From Lama guanicoe (taxonomy: Eukaryota), in the NCBI GenBank assembly GCA_013239625.1, contig MU054125.1:1-62821 (forward strand): a stretch of DNA of 62,821 bases, given 5' to 3'. Shown here in pieces: positions 36,590 through 50,425 of this stretch. Below the pieces are notes generated by a model. That model did no database searches, was not told the origin of the DNA, and saw only the letters and a list, made by a program, of their open reading frames with translations. The stretch's first letter is position 1. The number at the start of each line of letters is the position of its first letter. A program made the translations under genes and the position numbers.

Positions 36590-37135
36590 TGATGATACTC
36601 TGTGAGCGTGAGGATGGGGAGAGACCGATGCTTACACTTACTTCTGGAAGGATGTAAGCCGGTGATGCCCTTCAGGTGGGCAATTTGGCGATATATCTCC
36701 AAAGCTCTCAGTGTGTACAAGACCTTTTATTTAGCAAGTCCACTTGTAAGGAAATGTCTGACAAAGGTACCAAAAATCACTTTTGATGATGGGAAAAACT
36801 GGAAGCCACCTAAACTTCCCAACTGGAGGAGCTGGATGTCAAGGGCCCACCACTATGATGGAAGATCAACAGGCATTTAATAGGAAGACGTTATTCATAA
36901 ACATAGACAAATGCTCTGTATATATTTTAAGTGAAAAGGGAGGTTTCCAAAGAGTATGCAGAGTGTCATGTAATGCCCTAAACATAAATGTATGTGCGTG
37001 TGTAAGGGAGAAGAATGTCTGGGGGGAAATTGCATCAACATGTTAATAGTGATTATGTGTTAATTATTTTTATTTTTTGGCTTCTCGGTGATTTTTCTCC
37101 AGTGAATATATAGCACTTGTGTAATAACTAAAAAA
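36590..37135 (+). mobile_element. Old L1M 3' fragment
   Basis: Degenerate ORF2-end and 3' UTR motifs (ggcaatttggcgatatatc, aaaactggaagccacctaaa). Confidence 0.55.
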
Positions 37136-39282
37136 CTCGCATTCCTCTGGCACCCCCATTTCCCAGCTCTGAGGGGTTTCTGTGACCTTAGTTGCACATG
37201 TCTGCCTCAGAGCTCTGCTGTGGTGGCATTTGACATGGTCAGCCTTCCTCTGCAGGAACGGGCAGCACGTTTCCTTCTGACCACGGCCAAGCTGGTGCAA
37301 ACGATGAGGTGTGCACTGTCAGACCCTCTTGCACCTCCTGCTAGCATCTCCGTGCTGGCACCAGATTCTCTTCCCAAGCCCTGCTCACCTGCTCTGGCAG
37401 GTGTTCAAATTCCTTCCTCACTGCACTCCCTGAGCCTTGGAAATGAGAGTGGGTTCTTCAGGTTCCTCACCACCCTCCTCCCTGAACATAAAGAGGAAGA
37501 GTTTCTTATGTCTCCCCACCTGTTCAATATGGCGTTCTTTCTCTCCCAGCCTATCTCTTCCGCTGCTTCCCCAGTCAGCGGAGCCGGGGATGCGGCTCAC
37601 CCCCCTTGTCATCAGCAAGCCTTCCCGCTCTCTGCTTCCCCTGGTGCCCTTGCGCCGCCGGTCCTCTTCTGGTGTCTCTGCACAACATATAAATCTTCCT
37701 TTTTGCCTATCCCTGTTATCCTGGAATTCCAAACTCTTCTCTTTCCAGACATGGCTGGGATGGAGCTCTCGTCTTCACACTTGGACAGCAGCAGAATCCT
37801 ATGCCTGCCGTCACCCTGGCAGACACCGTCCTTCACTGGCAGCGTTGTCAACAGCATCACTGGCAAATTGGAAGGTATCTTTGTTCTTGGCTCCGCTGGG
37901 TGCATTACAAAGGAAATTTTCCTGCAGACCTAACTGTGTACTCTTTTGAAGTACTTGTCTTCAAGGAGCATAAAATCTCACTGGGGAGATATGACATAAA
38001 ACTTAACTTGCCCTTCCATAGCAATCCAGCTCCCACCCCACCTGTCAACCAAAACTACTTTTCAAAAGTTAGAATAACGTCTGTGTTTACCAAAATAGCT
38101 CCTGCTTCACAGTGTCTTGGCTACACACCTCTGTAGGTCTCTGCCCTACTGACCATGATCTCCTACATGAAACTCAGGAAACTTTGAGGCTTTGACTCAG
38201 ACAGACTGAGGTTTGTCTTAGCTCTGACTCATTCTGATGGTGTGACCTTGGGCAAGTCACTCTACTTCTCTGATCTCCATCCATAAATTGATGATAATAA
38301 CGTCTAATGTGCACTGATATTTTTAGAAGCTGAAGAAAACCTCATTAGAGTCTCTAACTGGGGCTTTGCTTTCTTGGTCTAGAGAACTTAGATTCAGGAA
38401 AAAAAGAATTCCAGAGCATATTGTCTTTTCAAGTGACATCCAACTTGAAATAATGACAACAGTCATTAATCATTATGATGCAGACTCATTTTCATCTTAA
38501 CCAGCAAAGAAAACAAAGTCATTTGAGCCATAAAATGAAAGAATTGTTGTTGCAGTTTCATGTTTTGGTTTATCTTACTCCCCTGAGACAATTCTTCTGT
38601 TTTTCTCTTTAAACAGACACAGTGGAAGCAGTGAAATGAGCTCGACCTGCATGCAGACAAGCGGGGAGTCAGTGCAGTTTGTGATGGATAAATTACAGGG
38701 AGAGTTTGGGCTTTAATTTTCTCCTCTGTTGACTTGTTGTACCTTGAGCGGCCAGCTGCCCAGATGCCAGTGTTTAACTGGACAAAAATAGCAGAGCTGC
38801 CCTGCATGCTCTGAGGCCGTAGGCAGGTGTGCCGTTGGCTTCTCTGATACCCTCAGTAGCGGGGATTTGTCGGTTTGTTGCGCTTTTCTCCTGTTCAGGA
38901 AAACAGGAAGAGAACCCCTTCCTTCTCTCAGGTCACCCTGAACACAGCCATCTGGCTACCCTCAAGGAAAGCAGCCGGTGGGGCTGCCCAGCTCCACCTG
39001 GCCGATAGGCTCAAACACATCTAGACGGTTTTCTGACAAGTCAGGAGACAACAGCTTGATTAATGGGAAGGAGACTCCCCGAATGTGCCTGTGACAGGTG
39101 CAGTTTCCATGGACTGGCTTTTCTTTCCCACAGCAGCCCCAGCTCCTGGAGGCGAGGACGGGCATGCTGAGCTCAGGCTCCCTCTGAGGTCCTCGAAACA
39201 ACAGTTCTCATTGTGACGGATGATTAGTAACCACCATCCTTCCCTTTAAAAGCCAGCCTCCCCAAACCCCCAGAACAAAACC

Positions 39283-40180
39283 CTAAGTAGACATTTCTCC
39301 AATGAAGACATAGCGATGGCCAATAGGCACATGAAAAGATGCTACATATCATTAATTATAAGCGAAATGCAAATCAAAACTACAATGAGTGATCACCTGC
39401 ACCGGTCAGAATGGCCATCATTAAAAAGTCCACAAACGGTAAATGCTGGAGGCAGTGAAGAAAAGGGAATCCTTCTACACTGTTGCTGGGAGTGTAATTT
39501 AGTGTAGCCACTATGGAAAACAGTATGGTGATTCTTTTAAAAACTAGAGTTAACATATGATCCAACAATCCTATTCCTGGCATATATCTGGAGAAAATTC
39601 TAATCCAAAAAGATATGTGCACCCCAATGTTCACAGAAGTGCTATTTACAGTAGCCAAGATGTGGAAGCAGCCTAAATGTTCCTGGACAGATGAATGGAT
39701 AAAAAAGATGTGGTGTATATGTATACAATGGAATACTACTCAGCCATAGAAAAGAATGAGATAAATAATGCCATTTGCAGCAACAAGGATGGACCTGGAG
39801 ATGATCATACTAAGTCAGAGAAAGACAAATATCATATGATATCACTTCTATGTGGAGTCTAAAAGAAGGACACAGGTGAACTTATTTATGAAACAGAAAG
39901 AGACTCACTGACATAGAAAACAAACTTATGGTTACCAAAGGGGAAATGAGGGGGATAAATCAGGAGTTTGGGATTAGCAAATACACACTAGTATATACAA
40001 AAGAGACAAACAACAGGGTCCTCCTGCACAGCACAGGGATCTGCATTCAAGATCTTGGAACAGCCTATAATGACAAAGAACATGAAAAAGAAGATGTATA
40101 ACTGAAGATAGATGTGTAACTATGCTGTACACCAGAAATTAACAAAACATTGTAAATCAACTTCAATTAATTAATTAATA
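39283..40180 (+). mobile_element. L1 3' end (ORF2 C-terminus plus 3' UTR)
   Basis: The ORF MANRHMKRC...EMQIKTTM and a cetartiodactyl-type 3' UTR ending cattgtaaatcaacttcaatt. Confidence 0.9.
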
Positions 40181-41579
40181 GTCACTCCACTGAGGGGGGG
40201 GGGGACCCAGAAGAAAAACATTGTTCTGAATAGAACAACAGGCAAAATATAGAATCTTACATAGTCCAATATGATATGATTAAATTATAGTTCCTGCTGT
40301 TTAAAAAAAAAAAAAGCCCTGGAGCACAAGAAAGCCCAGGAGCAGAAACTTTGCAGAGTCCAGCGCTATGACTTCTGTCCACAAACTGCATCACTTACAG
40401 CTGTCCCTGCAGGTTAGAGCGTGTTCACATGGCTTATCTCAAACTCACTCTTGCACCTCACTTATTAATTTTGATGCAGTTTCTTATTCCTACCCCTAAA
40501 TCAGAAGTACCCTTTTCTTATATTAATTAAAAGCCAATTGCCACCTCTTCACTCCTTCCTGTGACCTTGGGAAGGTGACATCACTCCTCCAGGCCTCAGG
40601 CTCCTCATCAACAGAATGAGGAGCTGTTTACACAGCAAACGTTCACTGAGTCCTTATTCGGGGCCAGGCATTTTCTAGGCTTTATGCCTGCGGTGGTGAA
40701 TCATAGCCAGATTAACCGCTCACACTAGAAGGGCCTGGTAATTACAGGACCCCCTCCTGTATTCATTCACCCACTGATGACTAAACTTCTTCTACAGGCC
40801 AGACACTACTCTCAAGGCTGGTGAGTCCATGGTTAAAAAGCAAGTTTCCTGCTTTCATGGAGCTTGTATTTGTGCAGAAGTCCCGTGGGGACTGACTGAG
40901 CTAACGCAAGGAGAGCTGCCCCAGCGCACAGGGGTGTTGGTAGTGTGCACGGTCTGGTGACCCTTGCTCTGGTGGGCAGCATCTTTGTCGCTGCTGTGGG
41001 GGACTCACCTGCAATCACAGAGCAGTTGTCCCCTTCATGGCTTGGATACAGGGCTCTCTCTGCCTCAGACTCTGGTGAGGTCGGGAGAGACTAGCCTGTG
41101 AGGACGAGCTGTCCAGGTAGTTGCAAGTGCTGTTGCACTGAGTTGCAGGGACCAGAGGGTCATTTCCTCCATGCTCCTGTCTCCATGACTGTTGCTAATC
41201 CAAGCTAAAACAGACTGGAGTTTTTCTTTTCCTTGACAGTCCTACCCCTTCCCACCCCTAACCTAGGACCATAGACTTCATAATTGCACCTTATGGTCAA
41301 AGTTAAGCTTTGGCATTCGTATTTCCTGCTTCTCAGGATATATGTTTGCAATCACTAAAATGTTTTCTTTTGAATAAAAAGTGTTCAATAAATACCCGTG
41401 GAAACACATGCATGTGAAACGTGTTCAGATGTTCATAGCAAGTAAACAGAAAACCAGGGCATCCCAGAGCCCTCTGCTCCTAGAAAGTTCTGCTCTTAAG
41501 CTCTTCTTTGCCCTGAGGGGTATCTCCAGAGAGGCCCCTTCCGCCTTCCCTTTTACCTTCCCTCTCTCAAGCATCTTCC

Positions 41580-42130
41580 AAGGGCAAGGCACAGTCCTAG
41601 GTTCCTCAGGAAATGAGAGAACTGAATCCCTGAGCTCCTGGACTTCTGTTATAGTTAGGGACATAGTGAACAAGTATGACTACATATAAACAAACTGCAA
41701 AAATAACGGCAGATTAAGATAAGTGCTACATAGGAAATAATCCGTGATGAGGCAGAAAGGAGAAGGCCATATTAGGTGGGCTGCCAGGAAGTCTTCCCGA
41801 AGAGGTAGTGACTCTGGAGCTGAGATCCGAAGTTTGAGAAGGATCTTGGTGAGAAGACCTCAGAGGACATTCCTGGCAGAGGAAAGCACAGTTGTCCTCT
41901 CAGTGGCTTGGAGGAAGAGTGAGCAAGAGGCACAGAATAGTCCAGGACAAGGTTGGGTGGGGAAGGAGGAGCCAGGGCACACGTGACCTTGAGGGACCAG
42001 GTGAGGACTTTGATTCAACCTGGCTGGCTGGCTGGATTGGTTGCAGACAAAGTGGGGGTAGAAGTCAGAGCACAAAGAATGACTCCAGGGTTTTTTTTGG
42101 CTGGAGCAACCAGGTGGATTATGACGGACC
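41580..42130 (-). mobile_element. L2 LINE fragment
   Basis: Antisense L2-like sequence (gacattcctggcagaggaaagcac, aagaatgactccagggttt). Confidence 0.55.
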
Positions 42131-42944
42131 CTTCTCCCAGGTCTGCTCTAGGGCAACACTGGTGACGATGCCCTAGATCTCATGCTTAAATCTCAGTTTC
42201 CCTACTTGTTAACTGAGCACCTTCTGAAAAGGTCCATCACCTCTCTGAGCCTTAGCTTCCTTATCTGTTTGAGTGGTATAAAAACCCCGCCCTTTAGAAA
42301 AGTCGTAGGGACTAAGCGAGAGGACCTCTGTGAAGCACCCAGCGCGGGGCGTACTCATAAGAGGTGCCCCGCCTGTTGGTTCCCTGCTGCTCCCTCTCTT
42401 GGCTGTCTGCTGCAGACTCATACCTGAGTCACCTGCTTTCGCTTAGAGTTTGCTTGTGTGCTGGGTGTGAGCAGAACCCAACATCTCAGCACACTTCGGG
42501 GCAGCTGTTGTCCCTGCTCTCTCCTCCCACCCATAGCATCAAACGCATTCTTTCTCAAGTCCTTCCTTCCCCTGAGCTGTGCCACAAATATCCCCTACAT
42601 GGATTTTTAGGTTCCCTTCTCCTCTCTAGGTGTACGTTCCTGGTGAAAGCAGAGATTAAGAAGTGTTTGGCTGAGCAGAAAGGCTGGTGGTGACTTGGGC
42701 ATATTTTCCTTAGATGACCTTTGAAATTCTTTCCAACTTACGGATGTTAAGCTTCAGCTGAACACCCATTCTGGGTATTGTCATTGCAGAGGCCAAAGGA
42801 ATGAGGGGACAGAGGCAGGTTCCTTCTGTCCTGTTTCCATGTCTGTCATGAGTATAATGACAGTTTTCTAACTGCTGGCTTCTGACTCCTGATCAGAAGC
42901 AAAATCATCTAGAAATAACTTTTTTCCCCCTGTTCACTGAACAT

Positions 42945-43445
42945 TTTTAAACAGCATTATTGGGACACCATTCATATACCTGACATTTACCCATTTAAAG
43001 CATGCACTTTAATAGCTTTTAGCACATTCACAAATATGTGCAACCAGCACCAGAGTCAAGTTACATAGTTTTCATCACCTCAGAAAGAGCCTGTCTCCTA
43101 CACCCCGCCCTAAGAAGCCACTCATCTACTGTTTTTTCTCTATAGATTTACCCAATCTGGGTTTTCATTTGAGCTAAATCATATATACTACACAGTATTT
43201 TACGACTGGCTTCTCTCACTTAGCATAATATTTTCAAGGTTCATCCATATGGTCGTGTGTATCAGTACTTCATCACATGTTACGGCTGAATCATATTCCA
43301 TTGCATGGATGTACCATAGTTAGTTCATCCATTTGTCCTTTATGGGCATTTGGATTGTTTCCACTTTCTGGCTATTATGAATAATGCTGCTATAAACATT
43401 TGTGTATAGCATTTTGTGTAGACATGTATTTTCATTTCTCTTTAG
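42945..43445 (-). mobile_element. Old L1 (L1MB-like) 3' end
   Basis: tttacccatttaaag, ctggcttctctcacttagcataatattttcaaggttcatccat and ggctattatgaataatgctgctataaacatt. Confidence 0.8.
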
Positions 43446-44654
43446 AAAGAACTTTTAGAACCTTCTCTTTGAATACCTTTTCCCACTGATAGGATGGTAA
43501 TAACCATTACCTAACAGGGAATACATATTGCATCATTAGCTGGTGTCAGGAACTGTGCTAAGTTAATCTCACTGAATCCTTTTATGACTGGCTTGAGATG
43601 GTATTTTTTTATCCCCAGTTTACAGTCAAGAAACCCGAGGTTTCTGAATCTAAATAACATAAGAGGAAGTACATTTACTCTATATAAGTAACACAAGAGG
43701 AAAGATAAATGCTTAGATATCATCTAGGTTTGTTTCTTTTCATAAGAGAACCATGTATAAAAGACACTCATGCTGAAAATTTTTTCTTCCAAAGGGTCAC
43801 ATTCCCTGCGGCACTTAGATAACCCCCTAATTCTATATTCACTCCTGCAGAAAAGAAGTGATACTTATCACTTCTTTTATTGTTTGCATCCAAAGCCACC
43901 TCCCCATTCTCTAGTGACTTTGATATGGGAAAATATTGCTGCAAAGACTACAAAAATAAACATATGCCTCAACAGACAAAGACTTTAGGTTTGTCCCAGA
44001 ACCCTGATAAAACTATGGGCCCTGTGGCTCAGTTTCTACATGGAGTTACAAGTCAAGGAGCAACTGGGCAGTCACAGATGGTTAAAAGGAATTCTAATAT
44101 TTATTTGAATCTTTTAAATTACACTTACCTGGAAGAAGACTTTTCAGACATCCTTTCTCCTGATCTCCATGTGCCATGCATATCCCTCATGGATGTTCCG
44201 CATGCTCTTACTTGCCACCACACCCCATCCCTCAGTCAATCCTGCCATTTTACTGCCTCTCAGGCCCTGTCTCTCTACCCATTCTCTAGATTTTATATCA
44301 CAAGACATCCAGGAACTAGGTTGATAAAGATAGAACTTTCCATTGGAGAGTAGGGGTCCAGGGAGGCAGCAGGGAATGGTAGAACAGAGAAAAGCAAGGG
44401 GACAGAGAAGGAGGAAACTATTACATATAATTACATTTTCTTCTTACCATACATTTTCCATTTAATTTTTTTATTAGTAAAAATGAGAAAATTCTGACTT
44501 GTTCAAGGGGTCCTACCTAGGTCATTTGACTAATAGATTACCATGAAAGGCAGATAGATACATAAAATGTACTGTGTACATGAACAGCAGGATAGTAAAA
44601 TGAATAATTTACCTAGTTTTGACTAGAATGTAAATGGTTGACATTACATGCATA

Positions 44655-45084
44655 TCTGATCTTCATTATTTGCAGAGTCTGTCTTTGTGAATTTGCCTAT
44701 TTATGAAAATTTATTTGTAGCCCCCAAACCAATACTCATCATACTTTCAGGTCATTTATGGACATGTGCAGACAGGCAAAAATTTTGAGTTGCCCAATGT
44801 TACAGGTTCCCAGGTAAGATCAAACAAGACCATGCTCTGCCTTCTTGTCTGAGGTCTGTCACAGAGGTGGCCGGAGAGTCTGGGGCAGGGCCTGGCAGTG
44901 CAAGAAGATTGGCTCTTAGGCCAGTTGGATGGGGTTTAATCCCAACTTTGGCATCTGTTTAGTGGTGTGGCCTCAGGCAATCCACTTACTACTTCTAAGC
45001 TTTGTTTTTCCTTTTATAAAGTAGAGAAAGCAGAATCTTCCAGAATGAGTTATTTCTAGGAATTAAGATGATGACCTATGTGAG

Positions 45085-45122
<38 letters not shown>

Positions 45123-45213
45123 TTCTCCCGGGGCAACAAGTCAGTACTCACTAACTCAGTGTTTAAGGTGACTTGATAGACTGTGTGTATCATGAATAAT
45201 GAGAAACGAATGT
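44655..45213 (+). mobile_element. MER82-like TcMar-Tigger element with an internal (GT)n at 45087-45120
   Basis: The 5' end gatcttcattatttgcagag and the 3' end atgaataatgagaaacgaatg form degenerate terminal inverted repeats. Family from recall. Confidence 0.6.
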
Positions 45214-48200
45214 ATACTGGTTTCATGCCCTGGTGTGAGTTGGATGATGGAAAGGAATCTGCACCTCCTCTTGGAAATTAGCAGAGGGCTGGGTATTCTG
45301 CTTAGGACTCGTCTGCCCAGGACTCTTAAACCCAGTTTTGTCTGTTTCTCTACAAGCATCACAGAAACTTATACATGGCAGACCTTAGACTTTATAAAGA
45401 GCACCTGTCTCTTTTCTTTCCTTTTCTTTTCTTACCATGGACCCTTAAATGAAATCTGACATGAAACCCTTAGTACATAAATCAGATAAAAGTAGAGGTG
45501 TACCCCTGCACGCAGGGGCCCAGGGGAACCTGGAGTCTTGACAGCTAGGAATTCCCTCACCTCCTCCCTCCCTACCCAACTCCTGAAAGGGCCCCTGGGG
45601 CGTGTGTGGAGACCCCATCAAAGAACGGGAAGACCACTGATTCAGCCCAGGAGCCTCACAGCTTGTTTGAGTAAATTCAGACTTCGAGAGGTAAATTCCT
45701 TAAAAGTGTAAATTTTAAAAGTCCTAAATAGTAAGGACTTCGAGTTCTGTAAGATGGTACAAGTCTGAGGTACCAAACAGTCAACCAAAGACAGCTGCCT
45801 CTAACCTACCTTCTGCATCTCCAGTACACACAGCATCTAGAACACAGTAAGGAAGGAGTTTGCTTTGTTCACAAGGAGAACATCACACATATTAGTTGAT
45901 TTCAATCCTAAAATGGGATATATTCAGCTCCTTGTAGGTAAATTCTGGCCATTTGTAATCCCATTCAATACCAAAGGGGGAAAGGCTGGATTTCTAGCTC
46001 AAGGCTTTCCTGAAAAATACAGATATTTACAAAAGTATCTCATTCTCCTCTAGTTTGAAACACTTTAAATTATATATTTTTTAAAAAGCTGGAATGTATC
46101 TATCTATTCACCTACTTACCTATCTAAATATTTTCACTGAGTTTGTTCCAAAGGTTGGAAAATTAACATCCAGAGAGGTCAAGTGTCTTGTTCAAGGTCA
46201 CACAACTAGTTTGTAGTGGAGCCAGACCCAATCTGAGGTCTTTTGCTTCTTGGTTCACTGCCTTCTCTATTCTTGACTTTATTTATTGAAGTCATATCTG
46301 TCAGCACATCTGACTTGTGAAAAAGAACTGTATTGCTCAGGGAGAAGAAGAATCCTTTGTTGACCCCATCACCTTTCCAGGTCAAACTAGATTTCACCCT
46401 CAACTACTCCAGGGTAGGCTGGATCCCAGATGAAAACAGACTTTTAAAAAGTAAGTTCCTCTCTTGGCTTTTGAGTTTCAAAGGAACCACATTCTGGAGA
46501 TTCACAGGTGATTTAAGGGATTTTCAAGGGTACATTCAATTGTACAGATTTTCACATCACTAATGACTTTAGAAAAAAATGCTTACATTCAATGGACTAT
46601 ATTGTCTTTCTTTCCAAAAACAGTTTCACTTCAAAGAGGCTGTTGGGCTCTGAAATCATATGGAGAAAAGAGGAGAGGTGGCTCCTGAAAAAAAAAAACA
46701 GTTCATAATGTGGCCACCTATATCCTTAGGGAGGGGCTGTCATCCACTTACTCTCTGTCCTGGGCCCTTTGCCTGACAATCTAATGCTCCACCAAGCCGA
46801 TCTCTCCTCCACTAAGGTATTCTGGCTGCCCAACTCCCATGAGTGTCCCAGCTACTGTAGGGCATTCAGGAAACCTCCAGAGGCGGCAGCTCTGGTCTCC
46901 CACCTACTAACACATCTCTAGTCTCTCCTCTGAGGATGAGTTAGAAGTGGGGGTGTCCCTTGTAGAAATCCCACTCATTGCCTGAGTCTCCCTTCCCTCT
47001 TGGCCTCAGGGAGATGGTCTTGAGGAGACCATTCTCTCTCCCAGGGTGGGCCACAAGTGCACAGGGCATCCTCAGACTGGTGCTCAGATTAGGTAGAAAA
47101 GTCACTCCAAGGGACAAACAGATCCTACCTCGAGCAGAAATGCAGGTACCTATAGGAAAGGGTTTCCTGGATCAAGGACTTCTGCATACCTGGCAGATGA
47201 GGTCCAGCCAGACCCTCCGCAGTCTGCACAGATGTAGGTAGAAATGCAAATGGAGTGGGTGCAAGACTCTCCTCACTTGACAAGAAGCCTTGCATCCTCC
47301 CAGTATCTCCAGGGGCTGGGGGAGGGACTAAGGCTGGACCTCTTCCCAGTCAGTTTTTCAGTTGTGAAGTCCTGCTTCTGTTAAAATTGATCAGTTGATG
47401 CTTCATCTGGTTGATGTGACATGTGCTGTTCCTGTCACATATCATGTCACCCCAGCCCGGAAGCCCAACCTCTTTTCCTTCATCTCTGAACATCACACCC
47501 ACCCCACTCCCACACACAGACACACACAGCATTTGTATGGGACACAGACTGATGTGAATGCTGTGGAGATGGACAGAGGTTTAAAAATGAATTTTAAGAA
47601 TCTCCGTTATTAAAAAATTCAGCCACTTTTCTCTGCAAGGCTCCACCTCCTGCATTCTTCCCTGGATTCTCTCCTTCGCTTCCATCTTTGCAAGCATCCT
47701 CTAGAAACCAGTTCTGCACCCCACTTGCTTCCATTTTATTAGTCAGGATTATTTAACTCGGCTGAATCCCCACCTCCAAGGGGAGGTCCTCCTTTTGCAA
47801 TGTGTCCAAACCTGCCAGTGGGAACCCTACTCGGAGTCCCATTCATTCTCACTCTCACAAGCAGAAGGCAATAGGACAGAGATGAACTTCTACAGCTGAC
47901 TCTACTTCTCTGAGAGTCAAAGCATCCAGGGTTGGCTTTAATTTTAATAGCAATAAATCTCTCTCTGCAGCACCAACCTCAGCCTTACCCTGGCCTAGTA
48001 ACCCGACCACCACCACCAAGAGCAATGTCAAACACTGAGGGTGTCAGGTCCCAGCCAGGACTCTAAGTGCCCTTGTTTCTTGATCTCATTCAGTCCTCAG
48101 TGCCTTACCTCAGGCTATCATTAACTCCCTTTACAGGGAGGGAAACTGAGGCTCAGAGAGAATATGCAATTTGCCCAAGGCTGTAGACTTGAGGACTGTC

Positions 48201-50166
48201 CTCGGGACTTGTCTTCCTGACTCCTCCATGATGCTCTTTCACTGCAGACATGGACTCCACTGACCCCCACGTGGCTGCAGAACCAAACTTCCTGGGAAAC
48301 CAAGGACTCAGAATTGCCAGGTAGGCACAAAGGAGGTAAAGGGGCCCATAGGTAGTGCACACAACTTCCCAGTCATTGCTAGAGAGATTCCTTTCAACCT
48401 CAGAAAATGTGGCATTCCACGCTAACCCATCATTTGAAATTCCTGCAATAAATGAAAAAATAAACACGCAGCTGAGGATATAATTCAGCTAACCTCACTC
48501 CCAAATGAGGCTGATTCCAGATAGAAAGCAGATTTTCATGTTTACTGCATGCGACAGCTGGAGGAGTTAATGAATCATCTGTCTATCTCCATTGCCTCAT
48601 TCCTCCTGTGCTGTGTGAATCTCTGGGGTTGTCTGTCTTCTCCTTCCGGGAAGACAGATCAGTGTAGCTTCAATGATTAAGTCTGTGTTTGAATCACAGT
48701 AACACCAGTTCCAGTTCAGTGACCTGCAGTTCCTATTGACTTAAGTGATGAATTATCTACACTGCAATGTATTATTAGCTTTATTTTGTCTCATATTCCT
48801 TCCACATTCATGCATCAAGTTAACAAAGCACCATTCACTGGCTAAAAGGACCCGTCTTCCCTTCTTACATTTCCCAGAATGGCAAAGCCAGTGTGCACCA
48901 GAGAGGTAATTACGCAGAGCTGGGGATGGGGCTGGATATTTACTTTGCCTTTGAATTATTTATCTCAGCTGTGAATTTGGGGGGAGAGTGTGGGACAGGG
49001 ATCTTGAGTGGTGGCAGGGATCTGAATGGGGCACAGAGGGGCCCAGGATGGAAGTTAATGGAAACAAGTAAAGATTGAAACCTTGGAGATTCAAAGAAAA
49101 TAAAATAACCTCAATTCCAAAGGTCAAGTTTTGGGAGTCTCTCTGCCTATTCTGATACTGATGGAGGATGGGCAGGGGTGGGGGTGGTGATGGTGGCACA
49201 GCAAAGGCAGAGCATCACCAGTCCCTTGCAAAGCCTTTTACATGGCAGCTCTGTGGGCCATCCTAGCAAGACTACCAAGCAAAGTTAGATTCTAGTGAGA
49301 GAGGAAACTGCAGACGGCTGAAATTCCTTGCCTTTTGCTGCGTCCAGCGCAGCTCGGGACCGTGTCTGAGAACAGGCGATGCAAGACTTAAGAAACAAAG
49401 AGACAAAGTAAAGAGCAAAGATGGGACCAGGAGACTCAAGATGTCATGGATTGAGAGTGACAAAAGCCTGGTGGACATCATATCTATTAGGAGTACACAG
49501 CTCAGAAAAAAATGCGCTCAAAGAGTTGGGGCTTTAGATATTCCATGCGATCAGCACCAAGTTCTGCCTGCTGGCTAACTGATTAATTTCCGGCCCATCG
49601 CTTCCAGGAACAGTCACCCTCCACGGGGTATGCAAAATTTCTGAGTCCATCCTGTTATTGCCTCCAGGACATCTCGAGATAGCAAATACTTCCCTCAGGT
49701 TAAACATCATGCTTTCATGCCAGAACCAAGTTCTGTTAATGGATGATCTGGCTTTCCAGGACTGTCTGTTGTTTTACCCTAAGGAAATATCTGCCCTCCT
49801 TCATGCCCTTATGGTCAATCTCAGGATTGCTCACCCCAAATTTTCTTTAGCATAATACATGTTATAGGTCACCTACTGCGTAAAGCATTAAAACAAAGCA
49901 AGCATGTGCATTTTAAGCAAGTAAGTGTGAATATAATATTTTAAGCTCATGGAAATCTAGGTGTGGCTTGTTTTCTAGCTGCTTGTTGTCCAGCAGCTTG
50001 TTTCTCAGCAGCCTTTTGGCTGCTCACCACCAGCATCTACTTTGGAAAACAGCACAGCATCCATGTACCTGCAGAGGAACTGGCTTTCCCTACACGTAAT
50101 CAAGTGTAATTGATCAAGATGTCCTACTGTTCCCTGGCCAAATGCATGATCCAAGCTGGGCCATGT

Positions 50167-50425
50167 ATTTTTTATTTTATTTTTTATGGAAGTGTAGTTG
50201 ATTTACAGTGTTAGTTTCAGGTGTACCGCAAAGCGATTCAGTTATACATATACATACATACGTATGTATATTTTCAGATTCTTTTCCATTATAGCTTATT
50301 ACAAGAAATTTGATATAGTTCCCTGTGCTATACAGTCGATCCTCCTGTTTATCTATTTTAAATATAATAATGTGTATCTGTTAATCCCAAACTTCTAATT
50401 TACCCCTTCCTCCTCTCCTCCATGG
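50167..50425 (-). mobile_element. L1 3' end
   Basis: tagttgatttacagtgttagtttcaggtgtac...aatcccaaacttctaatttaccc. Confidence 0.85.

Noticed and set aside
37220..37949. 237-aa and 170-aa overlapping ORFs
   Set aside because: No recognisable homology, Ser/Pro/Leu-rich composition from pyrimidine-rich DNA, and non-ATG starts.
39268..40219. Possible degenerate TSD (cccagaacaaaac / cccagaagaaaaac) implying a short L1 3' transduction
   Set aside because: The match is imperfect and low-complexity, with no second poly(A) tail; not supportable.
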